Assembly: GCA_951406725.2 (NCBI GenBank)
Contig: OX597836.1
Location: forward strand, 11,966,001 to 12,030,000
Direction of reading: 5' to 3'
Origin: Octopus vulgaris
Lineage: Eukaryota
DNA length: 64,000 nt
The position numbers were made by a program, and so were the translations under genes. Below, one piece after another: positions 1-11,158 of the stretch; within the stretch, counting starts at the first letter, position 1; each line of letters opens with the position of its first letter. The notes under the pieces are model-generated. The model was given only the letters and a program-made list of their open reading frames with translations, was not told the DNA's origin and searched no databases.

Positions 1-13
1 TGTGTGTGTGTGC

Positions 14-56
<43 letters not shown>

Positions 57-102
57 TATGTGTGTGCTTGTATGTGTGTGTGTGTGTGTGTTTGTGTGTG
101 TT

Positions 103-137
<35 letters not shown>

Positions 138-200
138 GTGTGCTTGTGTGTGTGTGCTTGTGTGTGTATGTGTGTGTGTGTGTGAGTGTGTGTGTGGATG
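1..200. repeat. (TG)n microsatellite
   Basis: Direct observation. Confidence 0.95.
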
Positions 201-482
201 TGTGGCATGACTGTATTTAAGAAGCTCCCTTCAGGCAAGTGTCTTCTATAATCAACGGGCCGACTTATTTGCCTTGCGAGTGAATTTGGTGGACGGAAAC
301 TGTGCGGAATCTCGTCATAAGTGTGAGTATGTGTCTGTGTGGGTGGGTGCGGTGGGGGTGTTAGGCGCAGGCGTGACTGTGGCCAAGAAGCCGTCTCTGG
401 GCAAACTGTTGTCTACAACAGCTTCGGGCCGACTTAATGCCTTGTTAATTATCTTTTTAGGCGGAAATTGTGAGGAAGCCCA

Positions 483-516
<34 letters not shown>

Positions 517-616
517 GACGCAGGCCTCATTGTGGCTCTCTTTGCGCAAGTGTTTCCTACTAGAGCCTCTGACAGATTTAATGCCTTTAAATTTAAAATG
601 AGGGTGAGAAATTAGA

Positions 617-830
617 TACTCTTTTACTTGTTTCAGTCATTTGACTGCGGCCATGCTGGAGCACCGCGTTTAGTCGAGCAACTCGACACCGGGACTTATT
701 CTTTTTGTAAGCCCAGTACTTATTCTATCGGTCTCTTTTGCCGAACCGCTAAGTGACGGGGACATAAACACACCAGCATCGGTTGTCAAGCAATGCTAGG
801 GGGACAAACACAGACACAAAAACACACACA

Positions 831-876
<46 letters not shown>

Positions 877-1043
877 TACGACGGGCTTCTTTTCAGTTTC
901 CGTCTACCAAATCCACTCACAAGGCATTGGTCGGCCCGAGGTTATAGTAGAAGACACTTGTCCAAGGTGCCACGCAGTGGGACTGAACCCGGAACCATGT
1001 GGTTGGGAAGCAAGCTACTTACCACACAGCCACTCCTGCGCCT
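617..1043 (-). mobile_element. SINE family A, full length (tRNA-like head, internal TA/TG microsatellite, (AGTAAAAG)n tail)
   Basis: Head aggcgcaggagTGGCTGTGTGGT...GGTTCAGTCCC (A/B-box-like); about 20 full or partial copies in the window. Confidence 0.85.
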
Positions 1044-1350
1044 ATTATTAATTTAATTAACATCGATTTCACACCAGTGGTCTAGCATATATAAAAAAAA
1101 GCTGAAGGCTCAGTAAAATTGTATTATATACATATTAGAGGGATCTACGGACATTTATGTAAGTGAAATTACGTAATATGTTAATAGTGAAGCATGTATG
1201 CGAATAATCCATATTTTTATTACTTTTTCTTTTGTCTTGCTCGATTACGTTTTGGTTGTTTTGCTAAATTTTTCTTGAGAACATTTCTTAGTGGTAAGAC
1301 CATAGCGGATCTATTCCTAGCATAAGGGTGTCCACATAGTGGTTTCTCTC

Positions 1351-1380
<30 letters not shown>

Positions 1381-1382
<2 letters not shown>

Positions 1383-1415
1383 TTCCGACGAAGAGCTCCG
1401 CTCGAAACGTTAAAC
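1381..1415 (+). ncRNA. Minimal type-I hammerhead ribozyme motif (Penelope-type), U4C variant
   Basis: GUUU-CCGACGA-A-GAGC-UCC-GCUC-GAAA-CG-UU-AAAC: stem I GUUU/AAAC, stem II GAGC/GCUC, palindromic ACGU stem III. A second copy is at 54243. Confidence 0.7.
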
Positions 1416-1489
1416 CCTCTGAGCGTCCAATAATACTATATTTGTTCCACGTCCTCGCGTTGTGTTTTTTTTGTGCTTTCATGTTTGGG

Positions 1490-2120
1490 ACAGCTGATGA
1501 AGGGGATTTTTCCTTGTGTAGTTTGTCTTGTACTCTGTTTTTTTCTTTGTAAAAAAAAGGTTCGTTCCATGCTTATTTTTACGTTTTCGTTCTCGTTGAG
1601 TTCTGCGTCTATTTGTGGTGTCCTGTACTCACGTATATCTCTCTATATATAAACGGCAGTTTGTCTGTGCGTGTTTCTGTGTGTCTGTTTTCTCGTACCC
1701 TCACCCTGACCACGGCTTTCAACCGATTCTGATGAAACTTGACACACACACATAGCCCAATGTCATAATTCAAAACTAACGCAGCGAAAATTTTGAAAAG
1801 TTCCCCCAGTTCTGAAAAAATCGATAAATTCGACATGGGGTCGAGAATAAAAAAAAACAAACCACAGACTGTCTAGGGGACGCAACTCAACCTTTTTTTA
1901 CTCTCAAAAAAAAATTTACGATCATTTTTTTTCCATTTTTTTGCTATTTTTTGGCTATAACTCTCTAAAGATGCTTTATAGTTATTTCCCTTACAAACCT
2001 GAGCAACGCCGGGCGATACTGCTAGTATATTTATATATGCATGTATATATACATGTAGATGTAGGTACGTACATATATGTATGTATGTATGTATGCATAT
2101 ATTTTATTTATTACACTATT
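1490..2120 (+). mobile_element. Family D non-coding repeat (possibly Penelope-derived), interrupted by a Helitron
   Basis: ctgatgaaggggattttt...ggtgtcctgtac...atacatgtagatgtaggtacgtacatat; homologous minus-strand copies at ~48750-48845 and ~63375-63612. Confidence 0.55.
1638..2025 (+). mobile_element. Non-autonomous Helitron
   Basis: 5' TC(TC)TATATATAAA start, subterminal hairpin cctgagcaacgccggg, 3' CTAG, inserted between A and T without TSD. Confidence 0.8.
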
Positions 2121-2190
2121 GTATGACTGAGCGCCTTCGCGTCGATTCGATTCGTTCCGTTTCGTTTCGTTTCTTCTTCTTCTCCCAGTA

Positions 2191-2222
<32 letters not shown>

Positions 2223-2575
2223 GGGTAGGGGACGTCACCAATGGTACAAATAACATGAAATACGTAATTAAACGCGGAAAAACTAGAGAAATACGTAAAC
2301 GAGAAAAAAATGGAAAACGGCAGTTGTCGGCTGTCTGTCTACTCCTCATTTCGAGCATTCAATGACAATATGAGTCTTCAAAGCCAGTTGCTCCCGTAAA
2401 TTCCTCAAGACGGTCTTCTTACAGTTGCCGTCAAGCAAATTCCTTCACAAAGCTTTGGTTGGTCCGATGATATAGTAGAAGACACTTACCCAAGGTGGCA
2501 TGCAGTGGGACTGAACCCGGAACCGTGTGGTTTGGAAACAAGCTTCTTACCACACAGACATACTTGTTATATGAA

Positions 2576-2625
<50 letters not shown>

Positions 2626-2632
<7 letters not shown>

Positions 2633-3031
2633 AAAAAATATATATAAAAATACAATATGGGACAAGAACACAAAACATTCAAATAGACGACACAAAAAAC
2701 GGACGGGTCATTCGAAGCCTCTAATCTTCAGTCAAGAATCGGATCATCCTCGCAATTTCGGCTGATTAATCTTGAGATCGCTCCGATCCGGCCGGCCCCA
2801 AGGAAAAACTAAGCTACGGGCATTAGATTTCTTGGAAAAAAGATCGAATGTATACGAAACAAGGACAGAAAAATGGACGATGCCACACGAATATAAATGC
2901 AAAAAACAAAAAGTAATACGAATATAAATACAAAAAACAATAATAATGACCCGTCCGTTTTTTGTGTCGTCTATTTGAATGTTTTGCGTTCTTGTCCCAT
3001 TCTGTATTTTTATATAATTTTTTTATACATA
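2626..3031. mobile_element. Penelope-like non-coding repeat (family C) with ~87-bp inverted terminal segment
   Basis: 2626-2712 is the near-perfect reverse complement of 2945-3031. The same family occurs at ~8328-8470, ~26229-26362 and (inverted) ~33705-33985, always next to (TA)n. Confidence 0.55.
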
Positions 3032-3100
3032 AATTATTGTTCTCGTATGTATATATATATATATATATATATCTATACACTGTTATATTTCGGAATGGTC

Positions 3101-3124
<24 letters not shown>

Positions 3125-3133
<9 letters not shown>

Positions 3134-3290
3134 TCGTTCTGTCTGTCTGTCTGTGTGTCTTCTAGGATCCAATTGCGCTCAAATTTGATATGTAGATACC
3201 GACGGTATCAGGGCGTGTATAAGTCTTGAAAAATTACAAAAATCGATTCCAGCTGAGAATGCGATCGCTAAAGCCATTTTTGTCCTGCTT
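3125..3290 (+). mobile_element. Probable 5' part of another non-autonomous Helitron-like element
   Basis: atatatatgaaattcgtt-(ctgt)n-...ccaattgcgctcaaatttgatatgtag has the same layout as the 5' part of 1638 and 12245; no 3' end seen. Confidence 0.35.
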
Positions 3291-3649
3291 TTCCTCCGTC
3301 AAACTGTACATAACTGCACCTTCCATTTTTTGTTGTTTTTGTACTGCTTAAAGGCACGTTTCTTTCCTGCCAAGCTTACTGTTTAAACCATGTTTGTGTT
3401 CTCCCAGTCAACAGCCTTATCCGTTACTGGTACTTTAAACTTATCGGTTGTATATTTGTGTAAATAAAATGGTTTTTCTTTGGAGTAGAAAAATAAGTCT
3501 ATCGTTTCTTTTTGGCTGGTGCCTCAAATTTAGGTTAAATCAGTGTTTCTCAAAAGGGAGGCCTATGGGACGGTCGGACAAGTTGTTTTGAGAAAATTTG
3601 GTTTTAATGTTTGACAACTCAGCACCGTCAATTGGACGTGACGCGCTTT

Positions 3650-3988
3650 GCACTGGGGGTCGATGTAATCGACTTAATCCGTTTGTCCTGTCTGTGTTTA
3701 GCCCCTTGTGGGTAGTAAAGAAATAGGTATTTCGTCTGCCGCTACGTTCTGAGTTCAAATTCCGCCAGGCAGAAACGTTAGCACACCGGGTGAAATGCTT
3801 AGCGGTATTTCGTCTGCCGTTACGTTCTGAGTTCAAATTCCACCGAGGTCGACTTTGCCTTTCATCCTTTCGGGGTCGATAAATTAAGCACCAGTTACGT
3901 ACTGGGGTTGATATAATCGACTTAATCCGTTTGTCTGTCCTTGTTTGTCCTCTCTGTGTTTAGCCCCTTGTGGGCAATAAAGAAATAG
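3650..3988 (+). mobile_element. SINE family B concatemer
   Basis: Repeated ggtatttcgtctgccg..GAGTTCAAATTCC..gaggtcgactttgcctttcatcctttcggggtcgataaa..gccccttgtggg..taaagaaata. Confidence 0.8.
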
Positions 3989-4012
3989 GTATACACACAC
4001 ACACACACACAC

Positions 4013-4093
<81 letters not shown>

Positions 4094-4792
4094 GAGAGAG
4101 AGAGAGACAGAGACAGAGAGAGAGAGAGACAGACAGACAGTCTGGCGGACAGAGACAGACAAGCAGACAGACAAAGAGGGAAGGAGAGAGAGACAGACAG
4201 ACAGAGGCATACATGCATACAGACAGAAACCGTCGTCTGTCTGATTATCCCCAATCTACTTCTCTACCTTGTCTGCCGTCTGGACTGCATCTGTTTACCT
4301 ATCGTCTGTTTACCTACACCTCATTACCACACGTTTTTTCTCTTTACTTTCGGGAGAGCCCCCACCACACACACACACACACACACCACCACCACCACCA
4401 ACACCGCCACCGACCTCACCTGCACCAAACCATCACTTCCAGCCACGCTCTATCATCACGTATAAAAAGCCCTTACCTGTACCACGATCGCCACATCGTC
4501 GCCAACTTCGACAGTCACGAGAACCGCTTTTTCTTTGTACGTGTCATTGCAATACAGTTTTCACAAATTTTCCATCTATCTTTTCTCTTCTTCTTCTTCT
4601 TCTTCTTCTTCTTCTTCTTCTTCTTCTTCTTCTTCTTCTTCTTCTTCTTCCGTTTTACACCTTTCTTTTCCCCTATCTTTCTGTCTCTCTCTCTTTCCCT
4701 AATTTTCTTTTCCTCTTTCCATCTCTCTTTCATCTTCTTTCTTTTCCTTTTTGTTTACCCCTATTTCTCTGTCCGTATTTTAACGCTTTCAA

Positions 4793-5620
4793 TGGCGGCG
4801 AGCTGGCAGAAACGTTAGCACGCCGGGCAAAATGACTAGCTGTATTTCGTCTGTCTTTACATTCTGAGTTCAAATTCCGCCGAGGTCGACTTTCCCTTCC
4901 ATCCTTTCATGGACGCTAAATTAAGTACCGGCTACGCACTGGGGTCGATCTAATCGATTTAATCCCTTTGTCTGTCCTTGTTTGTCCCCTCTATGTTTAG
5001 CCCCTTGTGGGTAGTAAAGAAATAGGTATTTCGTCTGTCTTTATGTTCTGAGTTCAAATTCCGCCGAGGTCGATAAATTTTCTTTGTACGTGTCATTGCA
5101 ATAGTTTTCACAAATTTTCCTTCTATATTTCTTCTTCTTCTTCTTCTTCTTCTTCTTCTTCTTCTTCTTCTTCTTCTTCTTCTTCTTCTTCTTCTTCTTC
5201 TTCTTCTTCTTCTTCTTCTTCTTCTTCTTCTTCTTCTTCTTCTTCTTCTTCTCCTTTTTCTTCTTCTTCCGTTTTACACCTTTCTTTTCCCCTATCTTTC
5301 TGTCTCTCTCCCTCCCTCTCATTTTCTTTTCCTCTTTCGCACTGGGGTCGATGTAAACAACTTAATCCCTTTGTCTGTCCTTGTTTGTCCCCTCAATGTT
5401 TAGCCCCTTGTGGGCAATAAACAAATAAGAAACGTTAGCACGGGGGACCAAATGCATAACGGTATTTCGTCTGTCTTTACATTCTGAGTTCAGTTTCCGT
5501 TGCTTTTCAGGGTCGATAAATTAAGCACCAGTTGAGCACTGATAACGATGCAACCGATTTAACCCTTGTCTCGAAGTTTCGGACCTTGTGCCTTTAGTGC
5601 AAAGTATCATTATTATTATT
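4793..5620 (+). mobile_element. SINE family B concatemer containing a duplicated piece of flanking DNA
   Basis: Head ggcggcgagcTGGCAGAAACGTTagc; three partial units; last unit has the (ATT)n tail variant. Confidence 0.8.
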
Positions 5621-5699
5621 CAGTTGAGGTCGACTTTGCCTTTATGTCGACACAGACATAAAGATACACACACACACTAATTTATATATTCTTTCATTC

Positions 5700-5918
5700 T
5701 CTTCTTTTATTCTTTTGCTTGTTTCAGTCAGTTGACTGCGGCCATGCTGGAGCACTGCCTTGAAGGGTTTTACAAGTCGAACAAATTGACCTCAAGATAT
5801 TTTTTTAGCCTTGTATTTATTCTATCGATCTCTTCGGGATGTAGACACAACAACACTGGTTGTCAAGCAGTGATGTGGTGGCGGAGAGACAAACGCAAAC
5901 ACAAAGGCAAACATACAC

Positions 5919-5971
<53 letters not shown>

Positions 5972-6137
5972 AAGACAGGCTTCTTTCAATTTCCGTCTAC
6001 CAGATCTACTCACAAGGCTTTGGTTGGCCCGGGGCTATAATAGAAAGACATTTGCCCAGGGTTCCATGCAATGGGACTGAACCCGGAACCATGTGGTTGG
6101 GAAGCAAGCTTCTTACCACACAGCCACACCTGTGCCT
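5700..6137 (-). mobile_element. SINE family A
   Basis: Homologous to 617-1043. Confidence 0.8.
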
Positions 6138-6290
6138 GTTTCTTTTCTTTCATCTTTTATGCTTTCCTTGCTTCAGTCATCGGGGTGTGGCCATACTGGA
6201 GTACTGCTCTAAATGAAATCAGCCCTCAGTTTTTATTTTCTTAGAAAGATAAATATAATATAATAAGTAATAAGTATAATATGATAAGTA

Positions 6291-6325
<35 letters not shown>

Positions 6326-6329
<4 letters not shown>

Positions 6330-6710
6330 CAGTATCCCCGGCGTTGCTCAGGTTTGTAAGGGAAATAACTATAAAGCATTTTTAGAGAGTTATAGCCAAA
6401 AAATAGCAAAAAAATGGAAAAAAATTATGGTAAATTTTTTTTTGAGAGTAAAAAAGGTTGAGTTGCGTCCCCTAGACAGTCTGTGATTTGTTTTTTTTGA
6501 TTCTCGACCCCATGTCGAATTTATCGATTTTTTTCAGAACTGGGGTTAACTTTTCAAAATTTTCGCTGCGTTAGTTTTGAATTATGACATTGGGCTATGT
6601 GTGTGTCAAGTTTCATCAGAATCGGTTGAAAGCCGTGGTCAGGGTGAGGGTACGAGAAAACAGACACACAGAAACACGCACAGACAAACTGCCGTTTATA
6701 TATAGAGAGA
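6326..6710 (-). mobile_element. Non-autonomous Helitron (near-identical copy of 1638-2025)
   Basis: Full-length reverse-complement match, inserted in (TA)n. Confidence 0.8.
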
Positions 6711-6814
6711 TATATATATATATTCATATTTAAGTATAATAATATAATATAATTATAATAAGGGTGTTGAAACAACAATGCCTATCTGCTAGAAGCAGAC
6801 CCCAAATGGTCTAC

Positions 6815-6925
6815 AAGGATTTTGATTTGCTTGGGTAATTCGGAGTTCCAGGCATTCTTTAGTTTTTCATGGACTGTCCTTACTTGTGCTTCCCTGATCT
6901 TGATATCAGCTTCTGAACTTGAGGC
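6815..6925 (-). pseudogene. RTE-clade LINE reverse transcriptase fragment (post-RT/thumb region)
   Basis: Translates ASSSEADIKIREAQVRTVHEKLKNAWNSELPKQIKIL, resembling the RTE-type 'DI..R...A......L..IW...L....KI' region. Confidence 0.6.
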
Positions 6926-7159
6926 CACAGTGGAAGCTGAGGGTGACTACTTTGAGTAAACAGTTATCTCCTGGTCAAAATCTAGTTGGTTGCATTTTGA
7001 TTTTTTAAATACTTTCATTTTTGGATGGGATATTGTGTTTTTTTTACCCCCTTCTATGAAAACTGTTAAATTTAGCCCTGACAGCCTATACACACATACA
7101 TACATACATACATACATACATACATACATACATACATACATACATACATACATACACAC

Positions 7160-7677
7160 AAGAATTCATATTTATACCAATAATAATTGGAGCACTAGGT
7201 TTTGTTAGTAGATGTTTAATCCTTTAGTGTTTGCATTATTCTGCCAAAATTAATCCTTTTTTATCCACATTGTTTTGAACTAATCAGGCATTATCTTGTA
7301 GCTATGAGATTTTGATGAGGTAACTGTTAATTTTTAAAACAATATTGTAGGGTTGGTGTGAGAGACCAGATATGGCCAGTTTCAACATAACACAGGCAGA
7401 ATACTTTTGGACGGATATGGCCGGTTTAAATGCTAAAGGGTTAAGGGAGAATCTGGATAAACTGGGATTTTCAGAAAGAGAAATCGACCGACTGTTTCGT
7501 ACATTACAAGTGCAATCTGTGAGTGGAACAGTAAAGATATGCAAGACTTTTCTCAAGTTCCAAATGTGAATTTCTCTGTTAACTACATCCCAAAGAGCCT
7601 TGTACCTTTGTTGGAAACCGGTTCCCTCCTCAGTGGAAGATTTATAATAATTAAAAAATAGCAGAGACATACATACA
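7160..7677 (+). mobile_element. R4/Dong-like RLE non-LTR retrotransposon 3' fragment 1, split by a piggyBac MITE
   Basis: Removing the MITE and one TTAA restores EFIFIPIIIGALGFVSRCLRENLDKLGFSEREIDRLFRTLQVQSVSGTVKICKTFLKFQM*, then a 3' UTR ending gacatacatac; preceded by (TACA)n. Confidence 0.7.
7220..7440. mobile_element. piggyBac-type MITE
   Basis: TTAA duplication (7216-7219, 7441-7444); TIRs tcctttagtgttt / aaatgctaaaggg. A related left end ttaa-ccctttagcattc is at ~30533. Confidence 0.75.
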
Positions 7678-8157
7678 AAAGAGAGAATATCTATGTTGAA
7701 CTGTTGAGAAATTTGCAGTTACTCTATCCAGATTACCAGTCAGGTTTATACCTGTAATTATTGGGGCACTGGGACATGTAACATATTGCCCAGATAACAA
7801 TCTTGAGAAATTAGGCTTCTCAAAACCAGAAAGGAGAAAGTTGATTTGGAGACTACAGACCTAATTCATCACTGGAACTGTAAAAATCTGTAAAACTTCC
7901 CAGAAGTTTATTATTTAAGTATATATGCACTTGTCTAGGTATGCAGCTATATCCATGAGAATACATGCATAAAACAAAACATACAAATCTACACATATCC
8001 ATCCATCCATCTATCCATACATACATACATACATACAAAAATACCCTATTATTGATATTGAAATTAGTGAAGGAGCCTTTGATCTAGGTTAGAAACCAAC
8101 TCTTTCTCAATTGGCAAGAAATCTTGAAATAAAACTGAATAATGACATACATACATA
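7678..8157 (+). mobile_element. R4/Dong-like RLE non-LTR retrotransposon 3' fragment 2
   Basis: Disrupted frame ENIYVELLRNLQLLYPDY..RFIPVIIGALGHV...NLEKLGFS...GTVKICKT, homologous to fragment 1; 3' UTR ends gacatacatacata. Confidence 0.7.
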
Positions 8158-8298
8158 AATACACACACACACATGCATATATATATATATATATATATAT
8201 ACAATATGTTACATTATAACATATTGTATAGATAAATTTCCTCTATTTACATAATATTGAGGTCTCTTTCTTTCTTTTGTTATCTTACCGTTTTATCA

Positions 8299-8327
<29 letters not shown>

Positions 8328-8330
<3 letters not shown>

Positions 8331-8470
8331 ATAAAAATTATATATAAAAATACAAAATGGGACAAGAACGCAAAACACACAAAGAGACGACACAAAAAAC
8401 GGACGGATCATTCGAAGCCTCTAATCTTCAGTCAGGAACCGGATCATCCTCGCAATTTCGGCTGATTAAT
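8328..8470 (-). mobile_element. Family C repeat, partial copy
   Basis: Matches 2626-2770 (gggacaagaacgcaaaaca...cgcaatttcggctgattaat). Confidence 0.7.
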
Positions 8471-8724
8471 CCGATATATATATATATAGGGTGGCGAATA
8501 CTCGTTATAAATATCACTACCAGTGGTTTTTGGCTGTTATTTGGCTGCTATTTCTAGTATGTAAAAATTGCCTGTTAAAGGGTAATTTTCTATTTTGAAA
8601 TACGTATATATATATCATCATCATAATCATCATCATCGTTTAACGTCCATTCTCCATTCTAGCATGGGTTGGACGGTTCGACCGGGGATCTGGGAAGCCA
8701 GAAGGCTGCACCAGGCTCCGGTCT

Positions 8725-8755
<31 letters not shown>

Positions 8756-8770
8756 CAAAAACCATTGCAG

Positions 8771-8817
<47 letters not shown>

Positions 8818-8835
8818 CGTGTGCATGTGTGTGTG

Positions 8836-8870
<35 letters not shown>

Positions 8871-9436
8871 TGTTTATTTGTGTACAAGGAAGATCATACT
8901 TGGGGCTACTTAGTATATCAGAATCTGCTGTTAAGAAACAAAACTCAAACTTTGTAGTTACGTAACGATGCCATGGGTCTGCAATAAAGGCCTAACTGTA
9001 ATATAAGTGAAAAGTTTCTGAAAACACGTTCCCAAGAAACCTCAGGGTTCCACCATAAAATTCTTGGGGTTCTGCAAGATAAAGGGTCCTTTGATAAAAT
9101 TTTATAAAGATTTCCTTTATAGAAGAATGCTGTTCATTCTTTTGAATATAATTTATTTTGTTTCATTTTTTTTTGAAAATCTTATGCTTGTTGCAGATCA
9201 TTGGACTGCGACCATGCTGGAGCACTGCCTTGGAGGGTCATTAGTTGAACAAATTGAAGCCAGTACTTATATTATTTTCAAAATCTGGTACTTATTCTAT
9301 CAGTTTCTTTTGCTGAACTGCAAAGTAACAGGGATGTAAATAAACCATCATTGGTTGTCAAGTAGTGGGGGTGGTGGTGGGAAGACACAGATACAAAAAT
9401 GCGTTCACACACACACACATACACTCATACATACAT

Positions 9437-9770
9437 GGTGCATGGCTGTGGTTAGAGTATTAGGCTCAGCGCGCAATCATGAGGTAGTGAGTTCAATTCT
9501 CAGGCCGGACTGTGTTGTGTTCTTGAGCAAGACTCTTTATTTCACCTTGGTCCAGTTCACTCAGTTGTAGAAATGAGCTGCGGCCTCATTGGTGCCAAGC
9601 TGTATCAGCCTTTGCCTTTCCCTCGGATAACATTGGAGACATGAAGAGGGGAGGCTGGTATGCATGGGTGATTGCTGATCTTCCATAAACAACCTTGCTC
9701 GGACTTGTGCCTCAGAGGGGAACTATCTAGGTGCAAGTCCATAGTCATTTGTGACTGAAGTGGGTCTTTA
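9437..9770 (+). mobile_element. SINE family F (tRNA-like head)
   Basis: A/B-box-like head, then gtgttcttgagcaagac..ccagttcactcag; copies at ~40043-40355 and ~28835-28958 (partial). Confidence 0.7.
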
Positions 9771-9842
9771 CTCTATATATATATATATATATATATAACA
9801 TGGTATACTCTTTTACTCTTTTAAATATGTGTATATTTTTTA

Positions 9843-9895
<53 letters not shown>

Positions 9896-9897
<2 letters not shown>

Positions 9898-10175
9898 CTC
9901 TTTTACTCTTTACTTCTTTCAGTCATTTTGACTGCAGCATGCTGGAGCACCGCCTTTAGTCGAGCAACTCGACCCAGGGACTTATTCTTTGTAAGCCCAG
10001 TAATTATTCTATCGGTCTCTTTGCCGAACCGCTAAGTGACGGGGACGTAAACACATCAGCATCAGTTGTCAAGCAATGCTAGGGGGACAAACACACACAC
10101 ACAAACACACATATATATATATATATATATATACATATATACGACAGGCTTCTTTCAGTTTCCGTCTACCAAATT
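9896..10175 (-). mobile_element. SINE family A, 5'-truncated
   Basis: Homologous to 617-910. Confidence 0.8.
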
Positions 10176-10554
10176 ATAATTATAAACGGGGCAAATTTTA
10201 GCCATTTCTCTGCAGGCTGAAAAAAAAAAAGGGACGAAGAACCTTAATCGATTTTTGAACCCTATTGGGTTCTCAGCAGATGCGTCCACATCATTCTGAC
10301 AGTCTCCAGAGAAGCAAGCGGCCAAACTGTTTATATGTACTCAACAAATGTAACAGTTACTCTGTAAAGGAATCCCTAATTTGCATACCGAAAGTGTTTA
10401 AACACTCTATAAATACCAGTGGCCTGTCAACGGCAATCTTAGTCCACACACATGCACATATATATGTGTGTGTATGTGTGCGTGTGCGTGTGTGTTTGTG
10501 TATATATATATATATGTATATATATATGCGTGTGTGTGTGTGTATATATATATC

Positions 10555-10598
<44 letters not shown>

Positions 10599-10616
10599 AT
10601 AATAACATTGTGTACA

Positions 10617-10791
10617 TACATTTAAACACATAAGGAATCCACTCGTGGGATTCAACACGCTAGAAAGAACAGCTAGGTTTGATAACCACAAAAATTAGGG
10701 AATTTTATCCCTAATTTTGTGGTTATTGAACCTAGCTGTTCTTTCTAGCATGTGGAATCCCACGAGTGGATTCCTCATGTGTTTAAATGTA
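10617..10791. repeat. Long near-perfect palindrome (foldback element/MITE)
   Basis: ~84-bp arms tacatttaaacacat...aattaggga / tccctaatt...atgtgtttaaatgta with a 6-nt loop. Confidence 0.85.
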
Positions 10792-10888
10792 CACTGTATC
10801 GTATGACCAATACATAGTCTTTTTGGACTAAATTTTTACATGCTAGGACACTGGAAGTGAAAATTTTAATTAATTTTCCATTTCCCTT

Positions 10889-10924
<36 letters not shown>

Positions 10925-11111
10925 TCTTGTTGTGAAGAGGACAACAAACATTAAGGCATGGCAAACATCGCAAGTCATAGACAATGTTATTATTGGAAAG
11001 AGTAATCTGTTACAACACTTACCTAGCGTACTAATCATTTTGATCACCTGTGAAGTAAACCCCCATACTTTGTGTTAATGTGTCTATATATATATACATA
11101 TATATATATAC

Positions 11112-11148
<37 letters not shown>

Positions 11149-11158
11149 CACACACATA

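Noticed and set aside
793-1056. Recurrent peptides such as PKVPRSGTEPGTMWL, DCGHAGAPPLVEQIDP and YRPRKDERQSRPRRN
   Set aside because: Translations of SINE-A and SINE-B copies, not a gene family.
1494-1520. CUGAUGA plus hairpin in family D (also CUGAAGA at ~63581-63587, minus strand)
   Set aside because: The hairpin is not followed by GAAA in either copy, so a ribozyme cannot be supported.
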